Assembly: GCA_038245195.1 (NCBI GenBank)
Contig: JBBRSU010000003.1
Coordinates: 8,850 to 72,849, forward strand
Source: Candidatus Saccharimonadales bacterium
Lineage (GTDB): Bacteria > Patescibacteriota > Saccharimonadia > Saccharimonadales > UBA10212
Length of the DNA stretch: 64,000 nt
Direction: 5' to 3'
Shown here: positions 28,992 through 38,340 of the stretch, piece by piece
Layout: each line of letters opens with the position of its first letter
Numbering within the stretch: position 1 is the first letter of the stretch
The notes under the pieces: generated by a model
The model's input: the letters and a program-made list of their open reading frames with translations, nothing else
Databases searched by the model: none
What the model was told of the DNA's origin: nothing
Made by a program: the position numbers and the translations under genes

Positions 28992-29417
28992 TCATAGGCC
29001 CTTCTTTTGTAGCCGCCAATAACGGCCAGCTCGAACTGCTATGACTTCCCGGTCAATTCCGGCGTAATCCAGTAAGTGCTGTTCCAGCGTGACGCGACCC
29101 TGTTTGGCGTCTATATCGCTTAGTAGTTTGCCCATACGAAACTGAACGTTAAGATCAGCCACCCGTTCGTCCAGGATGTCTCCGCTTAACGCTGGCTCAA
29201 CTAGTTCGTCCCATACGGACTTCGGATATAGGTGTAGGTAGTTTTGAAACCCTCTGGTTATGACTGCTCCTGATGTGAACTCGCCACGAAGCTCGGCCGG
29301 TAATGTTAGCCGCCGCTTGTCGTCAAGCTTACGTTCGAAGTAGTCTCCCATATGATTTGATGTACCTGCTAGTGGTTTTTTTATTTTTGGGTGGTGGTAG
29401 CTATTTTGGCTACCCAC
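28992..29417 (-). CDS. mraZ: transcriptional regulator MraZ
   Basis: Duplicated DxxxR motif (LDDKRRLTLPAELR …IDREVIAVRAGRYWRL). First gene of the dcw order. The real start is probably the internal Met at about 29351. Confidence 0.7.
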   Translation of the reverse strand: MGSQNSYHHPKIKKPLAGTSNHMGDYFERKLDDKRRLTLPAELRGEFTSGAVITRGFQNYLHLYPKSVWDELVEPALSGDILDERVADLNVQFRMGKLLSDIDAKQGRVTLEQHLLDYAGIDREVIAVRAGRYWRLQKKGL

Positions 29418-29467
29418 TTTCTTCCACTACCAGCACTATACTACCCACTGTTACCCACATGCAATAG

Positions 29468-29503
29468 TATTTTTAATAAAAGTGACCGCCCTCGCGGTCA
29501 CTT
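29468..29503 (-). terminator. rho-independent terminator downstream of the LysM gene (minus strand)
   Basis: Stem AGTGACCGC / GCGGTCACT (9 bp) with a CCT loop, followed on the minus strand by TTTTATTAAAAAT. Confidence 0.5.
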
Positions 29504-29572
29504 GTCCACAGATTGAATATATAGGTCAATTAGCACCATATATAGAGCCCCGTATAACTTTGCTTACGCTAT

Positions 29573-29920
29573 CTAAGGGTGTTCGGGTATTCGTAAATTC
29601 TCACCAGGTCGTAACATCCGATCGGGTTGATCGGTCTTGGGTAGTTGAGTGTTTAGCATGTTTTCATAATTCAAATCATTTGCGTGTCCAAAATGGGCAG
29701 CTACTGAACTTTCAGTATCGCCAGCTCTAACTGAATAGTTTATATGTGGTTGAGCCTCAGTTGGTACTGCTATGTCCGACTTAAAAACGCTGTCTGCGCT
29801 TGTTCCACGCTCAAATGCCAAACCAATTCCACCCAGAACAGCTGCGGCGGTCAGTGGTGCTAAAATTTTATTTATTTTACTTAATCTAATGTTCGGATTG
29901 TTTATTGTTGCTTCAGACAT
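29573..29920 (-). CDS. membrane-anchored LysM-domain protein
   Basis: N-terminal TM helix. C-terminal YSVRAGDTESSVAAHFG…NMLNT…LRPGENLRIP fits the LysM consensus (YxVxxGDT…IAxxxG…Nx…LxPGQxLxIP). Confidence 0.5.
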   Translation of the reverse strand: MSEATINNPNIRLSKINKILAPLTAAAVLGGIGLAFERGTSADSVFKSDIAVPTEAQPHINYSVRAGDTESSVAAHFGHANDLNYENMLNTQLPKTDQPDRMLRPGENLRIPEHP

Positions 29921-29964
29921 GTTTTATATACTAGCACAGATTGGCTAAATGGTCAAGCTTAGTT

Positions 29965-31248
29965 TCAGGCGGACAATTTTTTAATGCGTTCGGCAAACCA
30001 TTTGGCGCTGGGACGAATTGTCCGTTTCATACCGTTAGACCTATCTACCTCAACTAATCCAAATTTAGGCCACCAACCATTCTCCCATTCGAAATTATCT
30101 AAAAGGCTCCAATGAAAGTAGCCAATTAGGTTAACGCCTTCGCTTTTGGCTTTTTCCATGGCTACCAGGGTTTCTTCTATCCACCAGCGACGGTATTCAT
30201 CTTCGGAATCTGCAACACCGTTTTCGGTGATGATTATTGGCTTACCTTTATAATGACGCGATACGCTAAGCAGTAGTGGGTATAGGCCCTCGGGCTCCAT
30301 ATACCAGCCCATGTCGTTTAGCGGTGTGGTAGGGTCTTTTCGCTTGCCAAGATCAGAGTAATAATCCGTGAAGTAGTAGTTAAAGCCTATAAAGTCCATA
30401 TGTTTTCTAACTCGGCGTAAAAAGAACCAGTTCCAAAAATAGCGCATAAAGCGGGTAGTAAATTCATCTAACTCGTTATGCGGACGTTTGGCCTGAATAT
30501 TCGCCAGCTGTGAAGCTAAGCCTACCTGAAGATTCGGATTGGCATTTTTAAGTATCTTGTAGGCTTTTTTATGAACTTTAATTAGGTTCCAATAAACTCT
30601 AGCAAAACTAATAATACTAGTTTCGCCTGGCGGCCAATGACCACTGGTAGGCTCACCAGTTAGATAGCCGAATGTGGTATAAACATTCGGCTCATTAAGT
30701 GTCAGTACCCACTTAAGCTGACCGGCATAGTCATCGGCAATTTTTTGGATGAATCGGTTAAAGTATCTCAGGTTGCGTGAGTACTTAAAGCCACCCTTTT
30801 CGGTGAACCAGACTGGCATCGTCCAGTGCCAGATATTCATGACTGGCTCGATGCCCTGAGCCTTCAACTCTTTTATATATTCTCGATAATGTTCAACCGC
30901 TTCTTCATCCCAAGTACCCTCTTGTGGTTCGATACGAGCCCATTCGATAGCAAATCGTAGACTATTCAAGTTTAAGCTTTTTGCTAGCTTAAAGTCTTGC
31001 CGGTAAAGATTATAATGATCAACCCCTCGACCGCTGATATAGTTTTCAGGCTTTATGGCTTGGGCCTTGATTCTATCCCAGCTAGGAAGGTGCCCTAACC
31101 TTTGTTCAGCGGTCTTGGCCAGTTCGGCGGCGTGTGCCAGTTCCCAGACCGTCCACTGGTCATGGTTACCGCCTTCAACCTGATGGCCTGAAGTGCTGGC
31201 CCCCCACATAAAACTTTTGGAAAATTCGGGTTTTGTATCTTCGGGCAT
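29965..31248 (-). CDS. glycoside hydrolase family 1 beta-glucosidase
   Basis: MWGASTSGHQVEGG N-terminus. Acid/base TLNEP. Nucleophile ITENG. About 430 aa, typical of GH1. Confidence 0.85.
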   Translation of the reverse strand: MPEDTKPEFSKSFMWGASTSGHQVEGGNHDQWTVWELAHAAELAKTAEQRLGHLPSWDRIKAQAIKPENYISGRGVDHYNLYRQDFKLAKSLNLNSLRFAIEWARIEPQEGTWDEEAVEHYREYIKELKAQGIEPVMNIWHWTMPVWFTEKGGFKYSRNLRYFNRFIQKIADDYAGQLKWVLTLNEPNVYTTFGYLTGEPTSGHWPPGETSIISFARVYWNLIKVHKKAYKILKNANPNLQVGLASQLANIQAKRPHNELDEFTTRFMRYFWNWFFLRRVRKHMDFIGFNYYFTDYYSDLGKRKDPTTPLNDMGWYMEPEGLYPLLLSVSRHYKGKPIIITENGVADSEDEYRRWWIEETLVAMEKAKSEGVNLIGYFHWSLLDNFEWENGWWPKFGLVEVDRSNGMKRTIRPSAKWFAERIKKLSA

Positions 31249-31302
31249 ATTCGCCCTAATTGTACCAGACGACAGTTTTAGGAATGCGACCCAAAACCAC
31301 TT

Positions 31303-31695
31303 TTACATTTTGATGACGAGATTCAGAATGTTGCCATCTGGGTCTTTAAACCAAGCAGCTTTTAGCTCGCCCATGACGTGGACATCGCCTTCCATTTTTA
31401 CTCTCGGCATATCTGAGTAATGCTCAAAGCTAACTCTTTTGGATTTTAGCTCGTCGACAATTGTGCCTAAGTCTTCGCCACAACCCCAGCCTATGGCTGT
31501 AGCTTGGTTAGTGCCTGCATATTGGGTTGGATATACCAAGACTCTGGAGCTTCCGGTTTTGTACATAACGCCACCAGCGGAGTCATCCATCCCCATATCG
31601 GCTTGACTTAGACCAAGCTTGCCTTCGTAAAATTCTTTAGCCCTAGCCATGTCTTTAACAGCGATTACTGCACTTGATGTTTTGTCTGCTAACAT
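31303..31695 (-). CDS. VOC-family (glyoxalase / bleomycin-resistance fold) protein
   Basis: 130 aa with paired beta-alpha-beta-beta-beta modules and metal-ligand-like His/Glu positions (…VAIGWGCGED…FKDPDGNILNLV…). Confidence 0.65.
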   Translation of the reverse strand: MLADKTSSAVIAVKDMARAKEFYEGKLGLSQADMGMDDSAGGVMYKTGSSRVLVYPTQYAGTNQATAIGWGCGEDLGTIVDELKSKRVSFEHYSDMPRVKMEGDVHVMGELKAAWFKDPDGNILNLVIKM

Positions 31696-31842
31696 AGTTC
31701 CCCCTTTTGGTTGTTGGTTGATTATTTAAAAAAGAGAGAAGATTGGTTTGTCTTAAATTATACTCCGTTTATATGTGGTAAATCTAACCTTTGAAGTATA
31801 TCCCTAATGATATTAAAATAAGTTCAATGATTCAGGTAGTGG

Positions 31843-33471
31843 ATGGAAAAAGGCAGCTTCAGGCCTAATAACGTCGTTTTTAGCGGGAATCAAGGGAATT
31901 CCCTATCCACACTGCCAAAAGCTAATACTAAAGAATTCGAAAAAAGGATGCTTGATCAAATTACCTTTGATGGAGCAATCGAGATTGCCAATGATTGGCG
32001 AGAAGCCACTAACGGTTCGCATATATCAAAGGAGGAGTACTCTAATTTGTACTCTGCCGGATACGTATCGCATACAGCATCTGAAGTCGAAGATATTTTT
32101 CATGACTGGCAGGACTATCAAATAGTCAGCCAATCCTATTATATTGAACCGGATACTAGGAACGAAAATGAATGGACAGCTGTTGAGGGTTTATGGCAAG
32201 AAGCTAAAATAGGGCTCATTCCACCGCAGTTTTTCATACACAGTGAAGGCTATAAAGTAGAAGGCTCGAACAGTTCTAGCAAAAAACTTTCCAGGCACCG
32301 ACTAACCAGCGGTTCTGCAACCGCTAAAGTGGTATTGCAGAGATACTACAGATATGTACTTACAGATTACATCCTTAACAAAGGGACTGAGTCGGGAGAG
32401 GAGGTCTCAGAAGACAGAAAGATAAATATTGCCATGGGCTTTACTGTAATGACCGGTAAACCTCTCACGTCACTAATCGGAGCAATTAAAAATAGTAGGC
32501 CTGAAACTACAGAAGCAGAAATATTAGAAGCGGCTGAGGATTTAGGTGTGTACGATTATATATACCCCAAATCTCGTGAAAAACACCTTAAAACTTTAGT
32601 AGAAGTTGCTAGGCCGAAGCCTTATAAGCCCGAATATTCCTCTAATTTTCCTGAAGAATTGCTTTCATATGAAGCCGATGAAACTTACTTTGACCTAAAG
32701 CGCACTCAGCTTGTAGTAGGTAGGGTAGCTATCAAGGAAGCAATGAGGGCCGGTAGGAATATTAGCCCACTTACAGAATTGTTAATTAACGACGGAGGCA
32801 TTATTCAAAGCCAAGCCGATAGACATAGATTCAAGGAGTGGACTAAGGAAGATTGCCTTCTGTACGGAAAATGGTTATTAAAACAACTCCAAGGCCGCGA
32901 TAGGTTCACATACTTTACGCTAGAACGGGCTTCTAGACTCCGGTTGGGGCTTGGTATAAACGGGATAAGTAACAGGTTTGACAATAGTTTAAACAATTTC
33001 TATTCCGAACTACATATAAGTAAGAAGAATATTAGAGGAGCCTACGGCCATTTCTCTTATGGCGATATGGTGAGGCACGTGCAAGTAGTGGGCGAGGCTA
33101 ACGCTGGGAAAGTTAGTGAACGATTGATTAGAGAATACTATCAGGAATATAAAGACAAAGGCATTAATGTCCCATCACCGGCTATCATTCAGAAAGTTTG
33201 CGGAGCCCAAATAGGTGAAGTCATCGAATCCGCAGGATACAAGGTTAAGCGCAAAGCTGATGCAGAAGCTTGTGTCTCTGGAGCAGTTCGGTTTTACGAT
33301 GAAAACGGACGATTTCCGTGCGTTGCCGATATTATAGAAGCTCCCTACCTTCATAGCTGGCCAACCATAAGGCGATATTGTGGAAATATTAACGGTCTGA
33401 CCGAGATGGCCAAACAGGCCCTGACCGACAGAGCTGAATTTGAGAAATCTTCTCAAAACTTAGCAGCGTGA
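31843..33471 (+). CDS. hypothetical protein (542 aa), no recognisable domain
   Basis: Long intact ORF with no signal peptide, TM helix or P-loop. Confidence 0.5.
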   Translation: MEKGSFRPNNVVFSGNQGNSLSTLPKANTKEFEKRMLDQITFDGAIEIANDWREATNGSHISKEEYSNLYSAGYVSHTASEVEDIFHDWQDYQIVSQSYYIEPDTRNENEWTAVEGLWQEAKIGLIPPQFFIHSEGYKVEGSNSSSKKLSRHRLTSGSATAKVVLQRYYRYVLTDYILNKGTESGEEVSEDRKINIAMGFTVMTGKPLTSLIGAIKNSRPETTEAEILEAAEDLGVYDYIYPKSREKHLKTLVEVARPKPYKPEYSSNFPEELLSYEADETYFDLKRTQLVVGRVAIKEAMRAGRNISPLTELLINDGGIIQSQADRHRFKEWTKEDCLLYGKWLLKQLQGRDRFTYFTLERASRLRLGLGINGISNRFDNSLNNFYSELHISKKNIRGAYGHFSYGDMVRHVQVVGEANAGKVSERLIREYYQEYKDKGINVPSPAIIQKVCGAQIGEVIESAGYKVKRKADAEACVSGAVRFYDENGRFPCVADIIEAPYLHSWPTIRRYCGNINGLTEMAKQALTDRAEFEKSSQNLAA

Positions 33472-33472
33472 T

Positions 33473-34015
33473 TTAGCGTTTGGGTCGACGGTCGTGGTAG
33501 GCTAGTTCGCTACGGTGTTTGTCCAGGCGTTCAATGTACTTATCAAACTGATTATAAAGGCTAGAGTATTGAGCAGTTGGAGTTAGGACCTTCAGTAGTT
33601 TGTGCTGTTCGTCTAAATACTCCACTAAGCCGAAAAAATCGCCATCGCCAGATACGATCACGGCTTGTTGGTAATTATTCATCTCGCGCATGGCCCACAA
33701 CACTAAGTCGGCATCAATGTTACCTTTGACCTTCTTCTCTTCCCCGTTTTTGTGGGTTTTTTCTTCGGATTGGGGTCGGCTCATGTCGAAAGTTGGTTTA
33801 AGTACCACGGCATAGCCGGCTTCGTGCATTTTTTCATAAATATCCACAAATTCTGGGACATAGCCAATAAACATATAGGCCTTGGTAATCCCGTACTTAT
33901 CGCCCAGGAATTGGCGGAATTTTTTCCAATCCATTTTCCAACCATACTTCTGAACACTTACGTTTAAGTTCTGGCTATCAATAAAGGCGTAATTGCCCTT
34001 TTTCTTTCTACGCAT
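33473..34015 (-). CDS. NYN-domain (LabA/PIN-like) ribonuclease-fold protein
   Basis: NYAFIDSQNL…, …GNIDADLVLWAM… and …AVIVSGDGDF… are the three acidic motifs of NYN/LabA domains. Confidence 0.7.
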   Translation of the reverse strand: MRRKKKGNYAFIDSQNLNVSVQKYGWKMDWKKFRQFLGDKYGITKAYMFIGYVPEFVDIYEKMHEAGYAVVLKPTFDMSRPQSEEKTHKNGEEKKVKGNIDADLVLWAMREMNNYQQAVIVSGDGDFFGLVEYLDEQHKLLKVLTPTAQYSSLYNQFDKYIERLDKHRSELAYHDRRPKR

Positions 34016-34047
34016 AGTTGTCTATATTCTACTTAAAAGGGGTCCAA

Positions 34048-34566
34048 TTAGCTACCGTTGGGGTGTTTGGCATAACTTTGTCTTGAATAGTGGCCCATCA
34101 CTCGGCTGAGTTCGTAGCTGGTGATGGCCAGTCCTGGGAGATAGATTAACGTTATCAACCCAATTGGTTTATGAATAAAATCGCTGATGTAGCCCAGTTT
34201 GGGTACTACTTTTGCGGTCTTGCCTTTGATTGAACTATATGAAGTCGGCGGGTCGGGGTATTTAAGATTGTCACCTTTGGTGATCAGGTAACCATTCTGT
34301 GGGTTTAGTTGGTATATTCGGTGGGTAATTATGATGGATGGGCTCTGAGTACTGGTATAACTGATGATATTGCCGATGTGTAGGCTGGCTGGATTTGGTC
34401 TAGTAGCTATCGCTAAGTCACCGGGCTGGAGTATTGGTGCCATGCTAGCAGTTTGGACACTGTAAAACCGTAAACCTTCAGTTTTCCACAAGACCAGGCC
34501 GGCCAGGCTAACTATTACCAATAAGCTCAAACAGCTCAGTAATAAAGCTCTGAGGTATTTCGTCAT
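34048..34566 (-). CDS. sipW: signal peptidase I, SipW (archaeal/ER-type S26B)
   Basis: TM anchor, then QTASMAPILQPGDLAI (catalytic Ser in an SMxP context) and …KGDNLKYPD…. His-type SipW organisation, not the Lys-type LepB. Confidence 0.7.
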   Translation of the reverse strand: MTKYLRALLLSCLSLLVIVSLAGLVLWKTEGLRFYSVQTASMAPILQPGDLAIATRPNPASLHIGNIISYTSTQSPSIIITHRIYQLNPQNGYLITKGDNLKYPDPPTSYSSIKGKTAKVVPKLGYISDFIHKPIGLITLIYLPGLAITSYELSRVMGHYSRQSYAKHPNGS

Positions 34567-34569
34567 CGT

Positions 34570-35160
34570 TTAGATGGCCAAGCCGGTGAACACCAGGTTA
34601 ATGCCGGAGATTGAAGCGCTGGCAGCCGTGAAGGCATCGGAGGCAATGGTTACTCGTATACTATATTGAACTGTCGCTAAAGAGTTAACCGTGTCGTTAA
34701 TGGTAATGCCCCCGGTAGTATTGCCGTCCATTAATGACTTGAGGGATAGGCTGGTTTTAGCACCGCTATCTACCCTGGTGATTTCAAAAAAGATTTTAGT
34801 TAAATCTACAATTGCCCCAGTTGGCGATGCGGTTGTGATAGTTGGAGTTGTGCTAATTGAAGATTTGATTGCCAGGTTGGCGGTACCCATGTTTTTAAGA
34901 TAAAAGGTGTTCCCTGCCGTAGGGTAGGCTGAACCACCGGGAGTTACGCCGTTAAAATCAAAGCCTATGGCGGTAGTTGTTAAGCTACTGCCGTCTCTGT
35001 TGATTCTAAGATCGGCCGAGGTAGTCTCGATAGTATTGGCCGACAGAACAGCTGGGGATGACTGTAGGGCTGCGAATGTAGCGACCGTGGTTATTGTGCC
35101 GACGGCACCAATTACGATAATCGAACGTATTAGTGGTCTAAGGTAGGATTTCTGGCTCAT
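34570..35160 (-). CDS. secreted TasA/camelysin-like protein with SipW-cognate-type signal peptide
   Basis: N-terminus …IIVIGAVGTITTVATFAALQS matches the SipW-cognate signal-peptide pattern (…GA.GT…T.A.F). The mature part is Thr/Ser/Gly-rich and beta-rich, like TasA/CalY family proteins. Strong AAGGAG RBS. Immediately upstream of sipW. Confidence 0.5.
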   Translation of the reverse strand: MSQKSYLRPLIRSIIVIGAVGTITTVATFAALQSSPAVLSANTIETTSADLRINRDGSSLTTTAIGFDFNGVTPGGSAYPTAGNTFYLKNMGTANLAIKSSISTTPTITTASPTGAIVDLTKIFFEITRVDSGAKTSLSLKSLMDGNTTGGITINDTVNSLATVQYSIRVTIASDAFTAASASISGINLVFTGLAI

Positions 35161-35184
35161 ACAAAACTCCTTGGTGTTAGTTCC

Positions 35185-35213
35185 ACTATCCGACTAACAG
35201 TTAAAATCGTCAA
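35185..35213 (-). promoter_or_regulatory. putative sigma-70 promoter of the tasA-like/sipW operon
   Basis: Minus strand reads TTGACG - 17 nt - GATAGT, about 20 nt before the AAGGAG RBS. Confidence 0.35.
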
Positions 35214-35260
35214 GAGATATATTTTACAACAACGCTAGTTTGTGATTTAGTATAAGCTTT

Positions 35261-35887
35261 TTAAACCTCGACTGATTGGCCGTGGCTCAGGTTGTGGAAC
35301 TTAAAATTAAAAATAGTGAAGCGACTTGCAAATGACTTATAGATTTCGGGGTTTGCCCCCAATTTATCGTAATGAATAGGTATCACGTATTTGGCAGAAA
35401 CTTGTTTTGCGAAAAAGAAACAGTCTTTCATTGAAACGTCTGGACCTGTAATCGGAAGTGCCAAAGTATCCACAGATAAATCCTTTAACTCCTTGCCATC
35501 GCCAGGATGAAAGAACCTATCATTTACTAAATAACCGGTGTTCTGAGGCCCTTGGCTACCATCTGGCAAGAGACAGTGTGGTAATTCGATAGCTTTAATC
35601 TTAAAACCACCGACTTCATAGGATTTGCCGTTTTCTACTACCGATTTAGAGGCTTGGATGTGCTTGGCAGTACTATCGTTAGCATAAACCGGAGCAATGC
35701 CTTGTTCAACAAAAATTTGAGCCATCTGGGCATCAAAATGATCAGTGTGTTCATGGGTGTAAAAAACTGCATCAAGCTCGCCTAATCTATAAACGGTTTG
35801 TTCATCATCTTTGCTAGGATCAATTAGAATCCTGCGGCCGTTGTTTTCGATTAGTAAACAACTTTGGAAATATCTAGTAATTTTCAT
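35261..35887 (-). CDS. MBL-fold metallo-hydrolase
   Basis: YTHEHTDH (HxHxDH), plus downstream His and Asp ligands. Confidence 0.75.
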   Translation of the reverse strand: MKITRYFQSCLLIENNGRRILIDPSKDDEQTVYRLGELDAVFYTHEHTDHFDAQMAQIFVEQGIAPVYANDSTAKHIQASKSVVENGKSYEVGGFKIKAIELPHCLLPDGSQGPQNTGYLVNDRFFHPGDGKELKDLSVDTLALPITGPDVSMKDCFFFAKQVSAKYVIPIHYDKLGANPEIYKSFASRFTIFNFKFHNLSHGQSVEV

Positions 35888-36053
35888 ATGCTCCTCTCGC
35901 CTAACTCTATTTTATACCAGAGCGATATTTAACTTGTTAAGTATTCCCTTCCCAGAACTCTGAGAGATAAACGGCCTGCTGATAATTGTTTAGCACCCAC
36001 TTAATAGAATTAGCTTGAAGCCTGTTTTGGGATGGATAAAATGCTTGGCTTGG

Positions 36054-37433
36054 TCATTCAACATTTTCTGAAAGATTATCAATCTTTATTCGTCGTTGTT
36101 CGGTAGTGTCGCGGTTGCGGACGGTGACTGTGTTGTCTTCTAGGCTTTGGAAGTCGATGGTGATCGTAATGGGGGTGCCGATTTCGTCCTGGCGGCGGTA
36201 GCGTTTGCCGATGTTGCCGTTGTCATCGAACATTACTCGGCCATTGGTTTGCTTGCGGAGCAGTTTGTGGACTTCTTTGGCTTTGGCGACCAGCTCGGGC
36301 TTGTTCTTTAGCAACGGGAAAACGGCGGCCTTGACTGGGGCCAGGTGAGCCGGCAGTTTTAAGTAAGTCCGCTTCTCGTCCTCAACTTTATCTTCTGTGT
36401 AAGCATTACTTAAAACTGCCAAGAAATTACGGTCAACTCCAAAACTTGGTTCGATGACGTGCGGGATAAACGGAGCACCGCCGTCTTTGGGGCGGTATTC
36501 CAGGTTTTTGCCAGAGTGTTCTTGGTGGTTTTTAAGATCAAAATCAGTGCGATAGGCTAAGCCGCCAACTTCGGAAAATCCTAACGATGGGAAATCATAC
36601 TCAAAGTCGATTGTGCGTTTACTGTAATGGGCCCTATCATTCTGAGGCACCTCAATCTCTTTGATTTTATCCTGTGGTAAACCGAGGTGTTTGAACCAGG
36701 CGTGCATGTCTATGCGCCATTTTTCGAACTTGGCTTCCCAGATATTTTCTGGGATGAAATACTCAAACTCCATAATCTCAAATTCGCGGGTGCGGAACAA
36801 AAAGTCACGAGGACTGATTTCGTTACGAAAAGTCTTGCCGATTTGAGCAATTCCGAACGGCAAATCTGGATAAAAACTATCGACAATATTTTTGTAGTTA
36901 GTAAACATGCCTTGGGCGGTCTCCGGTCGGAGATAACTTATTGAGTTTTCATCTTCTACTGGCCCAACATTAGTCTTGAACATCATATTGAACTTACGGG
37001 GTTCGCCAAAGCTACCAGGCTCGCCACAGTGGGGACACTTAATCTTAGAAAGGAGTTCTCCCCATTTGCCAGTGTCCATCTCGTCATAATTAATGGCGTC
37101 TTCCAAGATGTGGTTTGCTCTTAAAACATGGTCAAATCTATGGCGTGTACGGCATTTAGTGCACTCGACTAACGGGTCCGTGAAAGTATCGACGTGTCCA
37201 CTAGCCTGCCAGACCCTGGGGTTCATCAAAATAGCCGAATCTATCTGATACATATCGTCCCAGCCATCTACGAAGTACTTGAGCCACTCGTTGACGATAT
37301 TGCGCTTTAAAAGTGTACCCAGTGGACCGTAATCCCAAGTCCCAGCTAAGCCGCCGTAGATTTCACTGCCCTGGTAAACAAAACCACGGCGCTTGGCTAA
37401 GCTAATAATATCTTCTAGTTTTACCTCACTCAT
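36054..37433 (-). CDS. glyQS: glycine--tRNA ligase, dimeric alpha2 (eukaryote/archaeal-like) type
   Basis: MSEVKLEDIISLAKRRGFVYQGSEIYGGLAGTWDYGPLG N-terminus. Class II motifs. C-terminal anticodon-binding domain. Confidence 0.9.
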   Translation of the reverse strand: MSEVKLEDIISLAKRRGFVYQGSEIYGGLAGTWDYGPLGTLLKRNIVNEWLKYFVDGWDDMYQIDSAILMNPRVWQASGHVDTFTDPLVECTKCRTRHRFDHVLRANHILEDAINYDEMDTGKWGELLSKIKCPHCGEPGSFGEPRKFNMMFKTNVGPVEDENSISYLRPETAQGMFTNYKNIVDSFYPDLPFGIAQIGKTFRNEISPRDFLFRTREFEIMEFEYFIPENIWEAKFEKWRIDMHAWFKHLGLPQDKIKEIEVPQNDRAHYSKRTIDFEYDFPSLGFSEVGGLAYRTDFDLKNHQEHSGKNLEYRPKDGGAPFIPHVIEPSFGVDRNFLAVLSNAYTEDKVEDEKRTYLKLPAHLAPVKAAVFPLLKNKPELVAKAKEVHKLLRKQTNGRVMFDDNGNIGKRYRRQDEIGTPITITIDFQSLEDNTVTVRNRDTTEQRRIKIDNLSENVE

Positions 37434-37653
37434 CTTGCTTAGGATTATAGCGGAAAATAGCGGTGTATAATAAAGTTCTTGATGGAATCTTACAAAGACA
37501 GAATAAAAAGACGGTTTAGCCCAACGGAAGCTAACGCCGTTGCAAGAGTACTTCCAAAAAAGTCTAATGAAACATCCTCTGCGATTTTTCTAAGTAACGA
37601 GATGCTGGTTTTAGGCGGACTAGAGGTGGCTCAAGATATAATTCGATGGCCCT

Positions 37654-38340
37654 CTAAGCGTGGGCAGAAGTCTGCACGGCCAAGCGAACTAGGGATTGAG
37701 TTTCTTTAACTAACCCTTCTAGATTTTGAATTTTCTGAAGAATTTCTAATTTATTATTGCTAAATATTAGCCTAAGGAATTTTATTTGGTCGGAGTTGTA
37801 GGTTTTGCCCGGGTAAAAGACCATGGCTTCGTAGTCAAAGTCATATTTCTGGCCGACAATTAATTTTTGGCCATTTTTTTCGAATGTTAGATTGGGACTA
37901 TGGCCGGCTAATTTTAGCAATTGGGCTGAGAACCAGGAATTTATTAAATCGAGGTTAATGTTAGGACTATCAAGGGCTTCAAAACCCTGCCTTAACAGAT
38001 TAAAGTAGGCTTCTTCTGGTTGGTCTTCGGTAGTTTTATTTATGAGCTTGATGGTGTCATAAGCAAGGGCAGTCCGGTTTAGATCTTTGACAATTGAGCC
38101 GTAGTGTTTAACCAGCCGGGTGGAAATAAGCGTGTTAATATCGCTACGGCCGACGATATAGCTGATTTCGCTGACGCTGAACAGCTCAATTCCGCCTGCC
38201 AGTTTACTCTTACTTTTTCTGACGCCTTTAGCAATGGCCTTCAGCTTGCCCTGGCAAGGCGTGAGAAGAGTTAGAATGCGATCGGCTTCGCCGTAATCGG
38301 TACGTGCTAAAACTATGGCTGTGGTATTAAACCTTTGCAT
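37654..38340 (-). CDS. recO: DNA repair protein RecO
   Basis: N-terminal OB fold (TTAIVLARTDYGEADRILTLLTPCQGKLKAIAKGVRKSKSKL) and overall RecO length and organisation. Confidence 0.75.
   Translation of the reverse strand: MQRFNTTAIVLARTDYGEADRILTLLTPCQGKLKAIAKGVRKSKSKLAGGIELFSVSEISYIVGRSDINTLISTRLVKHYGSIVKDLNRTALAYDTIKLINKTTEDQPEEAYFNLLRQGFEALDSPNINLDLINSWFSAQLLKLAGHSPNLTFEKNGQKLIVGQKYDFDYEAMVFYPGKTYNSDQIKFLRLIFSNNKLEILQKIQNLEGLVKETQSLVRLAVQTSAHA

Noticed and set aside
33215-33232. TCGAATCC T-loop-like string
   Set aside because: It lies inside the 542-aa CDS with no flanking acceptor or anticodon arms.
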